Positions 58,279 to 64,000 of a stretch of DNA of 64,000 nucleotides are shown here, piece by piece (the stretch's first letter is position 1; each line of letters begins with the position of its first letter). The translations under genes were made by a program, and so were the position numbers. The stretch is from contig DATLDE010000005.1 of NCBI GenBank assembly GCA_035526025.1, positions 125,690 to 189,689 of the forward strand, in the 5' to 3' direction. Source of the stretch: Candidatus Limnocylindrales bacterium (lineage in GTDB: Bacteria; Patescibacteriota; Microgenomatia; Levybacterales; UBA12049). The notes beneath the pieces are model-generated. The model saw nothing but the letters and a program-made list of their open reading frames with translations. It was not told where the DNA came from and ran no database searches.

Positions 58279-58851
58279 TTATGTATTCAGTGATTCCCAT
58301 TCTTCATCTATATTTTCCCATGGAAATATTCTGATTTCATTAGTTATGCCCATTTTCTCTGCTTCAACGTTGGAAATAAATCTTCCTTCATTACTCAATT
58401 CTCCATAAAATATTTGCTCTATGAAGTCCAGTGATTTTATAGACTGATCAATTAAAGCAGAAGCAAAGTAGAGCTTAGCCATTGGATATAAATCATATAC
58501 ATCTGTTATAACTTTAGCTGCAATTTTTTTATGAACTGTATTGGAATCAACAATTAGGATATTGCGATTAGGTGGCAAAGTGAAATTTAACTTGGGAAAA
58601 TCAAATTTTTTTTCAATCTTAATTTCTTGAGAATAGATATATTTATACTGAGCAGGCAATATATTTATAATCTTTAACTTTGATGCTAGATGTAATCCTG
58701 TAAATCCCCCACTTCGCAGGATAGGAACTACCAAATCAATCTTTAAGTTATTCTTAAGTACATACTCTTCAATTTTTTTTGTTAATGTGTTTAGAAGTTC
58801 TCCAAATTCCTGATATGACATCTCTCTTAAATCCTCTCTCTGAATTTTCAT
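58279..58851 (-). CDS. Phosphoribosyltransferase-fold protein
   Basis: VVPILRSG, ILIVD, IFPWE. Confidence 0.75.
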   Translation of the reverse strand: MKIQREDLREMSYQEFGELLNTLTKKIEEYVLKNNLKIDLVVPILRSGGFTGLHLASKLKIINILPAQYKYIYSQEIKIEKKFDFPKLNFTLPPNRNILIVDSNTVHKKIAAKVITDVYDLYPMAKLYFASALIDQSIKSLDFIEQIFYGELSNEGRFISNVEAEKMGITNEIRIFPWENIDEEWESLNT

Positions 58852-58926
58852 GAGATTATTATACCAAAAATTTCGGCTGCAAGCCTTAATTTTTGATTTA
58901 TGAAGAATTGATTAAATTGGAAATTC

Positions 58927-59310
58927 TTATTTTTCTTCGAGAACTGAGATGATGTTTCCTGCCGGGTCCTTGAACCATGCAATAGCAGGACCCAACTCTC
59001 CTCTGGATATTCCTTTTTCATCTGTTTTCAGATGAGAATATTGCTCGAATTTTACACCCTTTAAAGTAAGTTCATCAACTGCCTTATCAACATCTTCTAC
59101 GGAAAAATTGAGTACAGTATAGTTAGCTGGAGAATGTTCATCTCCTTTCGGATATATCATCACGCGGTGTCCTCCGGCCAGACGCAACTCCATGATTCCC
59201 ATATCTTTCATCTCGGATACCTCAATACCCAAAACGGTGCTATAGAATTCTTTTGCTTTCTCAAGATTATCAACTGAATAACTTGAAAATGCTTTTGTGT
59301 CTTTAAACAT
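58927..59310 (-). CDS. VOC/glyoxalase-family protein
   Basis: [30 protein letters not shown]; start at ATG after AGGAGGTG. Confidence 0.9.
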   Translation of the reverse strand: MFKDTKAFSSYSVDNLEKAKEFYSTVLGIEVSEMKDMGIMELRLAGGHRVMIYPKGDEHSPANYTVLNFSVEDVDKAVDELTLKGVKFEQYSHLKTDEKGISRGELGPAIAWFKDPAGNIISVLEEK

Positions 59311-59326
59311 ATTATTCACCTCCTTT

Positions 59327-61513
59327 CTAATTCTTTTTAAATCTTCCCCTTCTTTCCTCGCGTCTTCTTTGTATCTCCTCGAGCAATCCCTGCTGATCGC
59401 TTTGTATTCTATCAAGAATTTCCTGAATTTTCTTTTCCTGATCATCTTTTTCTTTTGGCGCATCAGTTGGCTTGATCTCTTCTGTACATTCTTTTGAAAG
59501 CTCAGTTCCTGGTATAAAATATTCTGTATAAGTTGCGCTCGTTGAGGCGTTTTTGGCCTTCAGACCGTTGCTTCGGCATATTAAAAGCTGAATAATGCCA
59601 GATGGCTTCTCAAAATCTTTATTTGGCTTGCCTTCACTGAATTTTTCCATCAAATCGCGCCAAATAGGCGCAGCCCCCAGTGATCCTGCAACCTGATCCA
59701 TTGGGGTATTATCATTATTTCCAACCCATACGCCGACCACCAAATCAGGCGTGTAGCCTATTGTCCAGGCATCTTTGTAACTATCAGTAGTTCCTGTTTT
59801 AACAGCAGCGGTGCGGGTTATATTCAATGCATTCCCAAATTCCTCAGCTCTCGCCTGATTATCTGACAGTATGCTTGAGATTAAGAATGCTACATTTTCA
59901 GACCAGACACGCTTTTTTGTGTCTTCTGAAACGAAAATCGTCTCACCCATTTTATCTTTGATTTCTGTATAAAGCTTGTAATTACTTAACTCGCCTTTAT
60001 TTGCAAAAGATGAATAAGCCTGAACCATTTCAACCAGAGGGAATTCACCAGCTCCCAAAACTAGTGATAATCCGTAATCTGTGGGATTTTTACTGAGTGT
60101 ACTAATTCCAAGTTCGTTAGTTTTTGCTAGTGCTTTTGGAATACCAACTTTTTGCATAACCAACACAGCTGGTATATTAAGAGAATTAGCCAGAGCGCGC
60201 CTTACCAGAACGTTGCCATGAAATTCACCATCATAATTACGAGGAACATACTCTGTACAGGATGGACAATTGGGATCTTTGAACGATGTTTTCTCATCTT
60301 TCAGAACAGTTGCCGGAGAGATATACTTTTCCTCAAGTGCAGATGCATATATAAATGGCTTGAATGAAGAACCAGGCTGCCTAGGTGTTATCGCCATATT
60401 AATTTTTCCATTTTTTTCATCTGCCCAATCAGCTGATCCAACAAGGGATTTTATTTCACCACTTTTTGGGTCCATTATAACAGCAGCCCCATTTGTAACT
60501 TTATTAACTCCCAGTTTCTCCACTTGATTCTTGACGCTTACTTCAGCATATTCCTGAAATGCAGTGTCCAGCGTTGTCTTCACTGTAAAACCTGATCTCA
60601 CTATCTTCTCTTCACCATATTTTTTAAATAGCTCATCTCTTACCATTAGCGCAAAATGAGGAGCTATATTGTTTGTGTCTTCATTGTTGTTTTTGAAAAT
60701 TAATTCTTCATCAATCGCATTTGCATATTCTTCCTCAGTAATCACATTTTCATCCTTCATACTGGCAAGAATAATTTTTTGTATTTTATATGCTTGCTGA
60801 CGATTACCGTTATAGGGCGAGAGCCTACTTGGAGATGGAATAACACTAACTAAAAAACTGGCCTGAGCGATAGATAAATCTTTTGCATTTTTCCCAAAAT
60901 AAGTTTGAGACGCATCTTCAATTCCAAATGAGCCCTCGCCAAAATATATTGAATTTAGGTACATTTCCATTATCTCTTCTTTGGAATACCTGGCTTCAAT
61001 TTGTCCAGCCAATACTGCTTCTTGATATTTGCGAACCAGGCTTTTTTCAGGTGTGAGAAGTACATTTTTGACTAACTGCTGAGTGATTGTTGAACCACCA
61101 TATGAAAAAGATTTATCTTTGAAATCCAGTCCCATGGCTCTGATTATTCCCCGTATCGAAACCCCTCCATGACGATAAAAATCCCTGTCTTCAGAAATTA
61201 TCAGAGCTCTTTCTACATGTCTGGAGATTTGACTAAGCGCTACATATTTTTTCCTTTTACTGTTATAAAAAGCAAAAAATGGATCACCTTTATTGTCAAG
61301 AAGGAGAATGCCCGAATTTCTACTATTAATCAATGAATCCCTATCTTTAATCGTCGAATAAAAATACGCATTCGTTACTCCTGCAAGTAATAGAAATACA
61401 AATAAAGTAATTACAATTCCAAAAAAACAGGCATATAGAATCTTTTTAAAAAAGGGTTTAACACTGAATACGTTTTCATGATTTTTCTTTTTTCTTGGCA
61501 TACTCTGCTGCAA
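59327..61513 (-). CDS. Class A penicillin-binding protein (PBP1A family)
   Basis: [40 protein letters not shown]. Confidence 0.95.
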   Translation of the reverse strand: MQQSMPRKKKNHENVFSVKPFFKKILYACFFGIVITLFVFLLLAGVTNAYFYSTIKDRDSLINSRNSGILLLDNKGDPFFAFYNSKRKKYVALSQISRHVERALIISEDRDFYRHGGVSIRGIIRAMGLDFKDKSFSYGGSTITQQLVKNVLLTPEKSLVRKYQEAVLAGQIEARYSKEEIMEMYLNSIYFGEGSFGIEDASQTYFGKNAKDLSIAQASFLVSVIPSPSRLSPYNGNRQQAYKIQKIILASMKDENVITEEEYANAIDEELIFKNNNEDTNNIAPHFALMVRDELFKKYGEEKIVRSGFTVKTTLDTAFQEYAEVSVKNQVEKLGVNKVTNGAAVIMDPKSGEIKSLVGSADWADEKNGKINMAITPRQPGSSFKPFIYASALEEKYISPATVLKDEKTSFKDPNCPSCTEYVPRNYDGEFHGNVLVRRALANSLNIPAVLVMQKVGIPKALAKTNELGISTLSKNPTDYGLSLVLGAGEFPLVEMVQAYSSFANKGELSNYKLYTEIKDKMGETIFVSEDTKKRVWSENVAFLISSILSDNQARAEEFGNALNITRTAAVKTGTTDSYKDAWTIGYTPDLVVGVWVGNNDNTPMDQVAGSLGAAPIWRDLMEKFSEGKPNKDFEKPSGIIQLLICRSNGLKAKNASTSATYTEYFIPGTELSKECTEEIKPTDAPKEKDDQEKKIQEILDRIQSDQQGLLEEIQRRREERRGRFKKN

Positions 61514-61533
61514 GGCGGGGATTATTTAAATTA

Positions 61534-61917
61534 CTATTTATTTTCTGATTCTGTTTTTCGTAAAGACTCGCATGCTTCTTTATCATTATCTCCATCAAGA
61601 CGATTGGTGTCTTTCGAAGGACCGCCAGCTTTTGTAAAAAATTTCTGAGCTTGTGGCTGTGTCTCAAAATCATCACAATTATATTCATCAGTATATTTGC
61701 CCCCACTCTCAACGACATTTCCATCTTTATCTCTCAATACCTTTGATTCGCTTAGTGACTTACCGGAAATCAATGAACCCATGTCAAAGTCATTATTGGA
61801 GGCTTCGAGTCCAAATGCACCAAGTAGGAGGGCTAACACTGCAATTAATATACCCTTGATTACATTTTTTGATTTTCCACTTGCTTCGTCTAATTGTTTT
61901 ATTTTAGGAATAGCCAT
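61534..61917 (-). CDS. Excalibur calcium-binding domain membrane protein
   Basis: YNCDDFETQPQAQ...RLDGDNDKEACE. Confidence 0.85.
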   Translation of the reverse strand: MAIPKIKQLDEASGKSKNVIKGILIAVLALLLGAFGLEASNNDFDMGSLISGKSLSESKVLRDKDGNVVESGGKYTDEYNCDDFETQPQAQKFFTKAGGPSKDTNRLDGDNDKEACESLRKTESENK

Positions 61918-61921
61918 AGTT

Positions 61922-62023
61922 CTACCAAACTGAATATAATAAATAAGCAACTACTACGATCAGTAGTGCAATCACGATAAGTCTAACCTTTTTATTTCTT
62001 CGCGCTTCTCCTATACTTGCCAT
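61922..62023 (-). CDS. 33-aa single-TM peptide (absent from ORF track)
   Basis: MASIGEARRNKKVRLIVIALLIVVVAYLLYSVW*; TATAAT just upstream. Confidence 0.5.
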   Translation of the reverse strand: MASIGEARRNKKVRLIVIALLIVVVAYLLYSVW

Positions 62024-62145
62024 AAATATATTATAACATGCAAAACAATTATAATTGCAACTAAATTTGTTAAATAGTATTTTTCTTACAAGATTATGAT
62101 AAATCTCATTTTTGTTTTATAATACTATATTAAATCATTGCGATT

Positions 62146-62973
62146 ATGGGCAAATCATCACTTACAATCATAAAATCAAATAAGGAAGACTCAAGCAAAA
62201 GAAAACAGCTAATTTTATCAATCGCGAAGAAAAGGGCTGAATTAAAAAAATTTATTGTCAAAGTCGAAACGCTCCGGGTAAATCTTCAAATTGCACAAAC
62301 GGAATATATGGCAAAAATAGGAAGCCTTTTCCTAAAAGACAATCATCTTGATTTAGAAATAATTAGATTTCAAAACATCCTATCACTTATGATAGAAGGT
62401 CTTTCATATGATCAAGCAGCAGAAAAAGTTGCAAAAACTTATTATTCCCAGCAAATAGAAATTGAAAACGAGAAGCGGAGAATTGAGTTTGAAAAAGAGA
62501 TTTATGAAAAAAGAAAAATACAGAGTCCTGAGTTGAATAAAGATATTAAAAAATTATGGAGAAGGTTAATTTCCCAATTCCATCCTGATCTAGTACAGGA
62601 CTTAAAAGAAAAATTAAGAAGAGATAAAATCATGAAACAAATTAATAGGGCTTATCATGAAGGGGACTACGATCAATTATTTAAAATCGATAATGAAGTA
62701 TTAATAAATCAGGAAAATACTATAGATAACCTTGAAATTATACTTGTTTCAATTACAAATGATATTGATCAACAGACTGAAACATATAAATCTTTAAAGA
62801 ATTCAGAATGGTATTCATGGATGGAAAAAATTAACTATGCCAAGAAAAAATCTTTAAATATATTTGCAGAAACAGAAAAGAAATTATTAAATGATATTTT
62901 ATTAAAAATTAATACACTCAAGTCGCTCAAAGAACAGGTCCGGGAATTTCAGAGAAATTATACTGATATTTAA
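62146..62973 (+). CDS. Coiled-coil protein with J-domain
   Basis: IKKLWRRLISQFHPD...MKQINRAY. Confidence 0.8.
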   Translation: MGKSSLTIIKSNKEDSSKRKQLILSIAKKRAELKKFIVKVETLRVNLQIAQTEYMAKIGSLFLKDNHLDLEIIRFQNILSLMIEGLSYDQAAEKVAKTYYSQQIEIENEKRRIEFEKEIYEKRKIQSPELNKDIKKLWRRLISQFHPDLVQDLKEKLRRDKIMKQINRAYHEGDYDQLFKIDNEVLINQENTIDNLEIILVSITNDIDQQTETYKSLKNSEWYSWMEKINYAKKKSLNIFAETEKKLLNDILLKINTLKSLKEQVREFQRNYTDI

Positions 62974-62985
62974 ACCCAACTATTT

Positions 62986-63059
62986 TGGCTACCGAGCAGG
63001 GATTCGAACCCCAATAAACAGATCCAGAATCTGTTGTCCTACCGTTAGACGACTCGGTA
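62986..63059 (-). tRNA. tRNA-Gln (anticodon CTG), CCA encoded
   Basis: Cloverleaf: TACCGAG/CTCGGTA acceptor, ACAGA-TTCTGGA-TCTGT anticodon arm, GGTTCGAATCC T-arm. Confidence 0.95.
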
Positions 63060-63256
63060 AAGTTAACCTATTTTACTAAAGCTTGAACAAAAAAGCTATT
63101 TTTTTGACTTTAATAATCAAATTATGGTATAATACCTATAGTTAAATTGCAGATTGAAATACGTATCTGCTTATGTAAAAGATCTTAGATCGATAAAGAC
63201 AAAGATAACCACAAATACTTCATAATTGTATCTTTTCTCCGTTTCAGAGCACTTTT

Positions 63257-63637
63257 TTGTATTTAAGCAGTTATTTTATTTCAATTAACAATATGAATAC
63301 AAAAATAATTAATAAAAAACAGGAGTCGCCATTTGGTAAGTATTTCAATATGCTTGGCGAGATAGACAAAGATCTTAAAAATTCCAAAGAGTTCGGATCT
63401 ATACTTATTCTATCGCTCGTTGAGGAGATTGGGGAAATGTCGCGTGCTTATCTTGCCAAACACGGACGAAAAAGAAATAATGTTGCAGCGCAAAATGATG
63501 AAACATATGAGCAAGAACTTGGTGATATTCTGGTCACAATCATAAGATTTGCAAAAATCAAAAATATAAATCTCGATGAGAGGATTATGTATACGCTTGG
63601 AAAAATTAAACGCCGCAAAAACTCTCCAAAGCTCTGA
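63257..63637 (+). CDS. MazG-like nucleotide pyrophosphohydrolase
   Basis: LVEEIGEM...QELGDIL; true start probably 63293. Confidence 0.85.
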   Translation: MYLSSYFISINNMNTKIINKKQESPFGKYFNMLGEIDKDLKNSKEFGSILILSLVEEIGEMSRAYLAKHGRKRNNVAAQNDETYEQELGDILVTIIRFAKIKNINLDERIMYTLGKIKRRKNSPKL

Positions 63638-64000
63638 TCAGATCAATTTTTTTCTAAATGTGTAGAGTAAAATAAACGCCAGAAAGCTCATTCCGCTACC
63701 ATAAAAAAATGTTGCTGAAGGATTTATCTTACTCCACAATAATCCACCAATTGTCGAAGCAAGAAGGGTTCCCGCAGCTGTAAGCGCATAATATGCCCCG
63801 AAATATGTTCCCGACTCTTTTTTTTCAATAAACTCTGATAAATATGCCTTTGAAACTCCATCTGTAGCTGCAATATAAATTCCGTAAATAGGGAAAAGCA
63901 CCCATAACCAGTTCGAGTTACGTATTAATCCGAAAGCCAAATATACTATTGAAAAAATTATCAGTCCTAAAAGATAAACTTTCTTTGCACCCAGTTTATC
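63638..64000 (-). CDS. MFS transporter, C-terminal part (runs off window)
   Basis: YGIYIAATDGVSKAY...GTYFGAY...ASTIGGLLW. Confidence 0.85.
   Translation of the reverse strand, partial: DKLGAKKVYLLGLIIFSIVYLAFGLIRNSNWLWVLFPIYGIYIAATDGVSKAYLSEFIEKKESGTYFGAYYALTAAGTLLASTIGGLLWSKINPSATFFYGSGMSFLAFILLYTFRKKLI

Noticed and set aside
62986-63059. tRNA-Gln as the integration site of the element
   Set aside because: No duplicate of its 3' end noticed in the window, and its flanks look chromosomal
1-64000. Alternative genetic code (TGA as Gly/Trp)
   Set aside because: Long genes are intact in code 11 and several end at TGA

Overview
AT-rich genome in the standard genetic code, most likely CPR/Patescibacteria (Microgenomates-like; inferred from gene style). 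The left ~36 kb is accessory DNA and falls into four parts. (1) A conjugative-element backbone: VirB4, a VirB3/PrgI-like gene, VirB6, pilin, a VirD4-type coupling protein, a Replication-relaxation-family relaxase and a candidate oriT. (2) Inserted into that backbone (6.7-13.4 kb), two GC-rich tailspike/adhesin-like genes grafted onto one conserved low-GC promoter plus 'MPRLPxPGSDDGTWGD' leader. Three 'empty' copies of the leader lie nearby, around tatC, an unannotated tatA and a tiny Tat-signal protein. (3) At 21.4-27.6 kb, an array of cargo blocks separated by four degenerate GGGTCAY sites that look like tRNA-Glu-3'-end/recombinase-tail att scars. (4) Defence genes: PHP-ATPase, UG/Abi-type reverse transcriptase, DUF262-HNH and an EcoRI-like methylase. 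The right ~28 kb is mostly ordinary chromosome (msrA, cutA, lon, sortase F, CCA enzyme, recJ, greA, coaX, truB, PBP1A, tRNA-Gln). It carries REP-like palindromes and short tandem repeats inserted in-frame in several genes. No integrase or CRISPR array was found. All family assignments come from motif recognition, not database searches.
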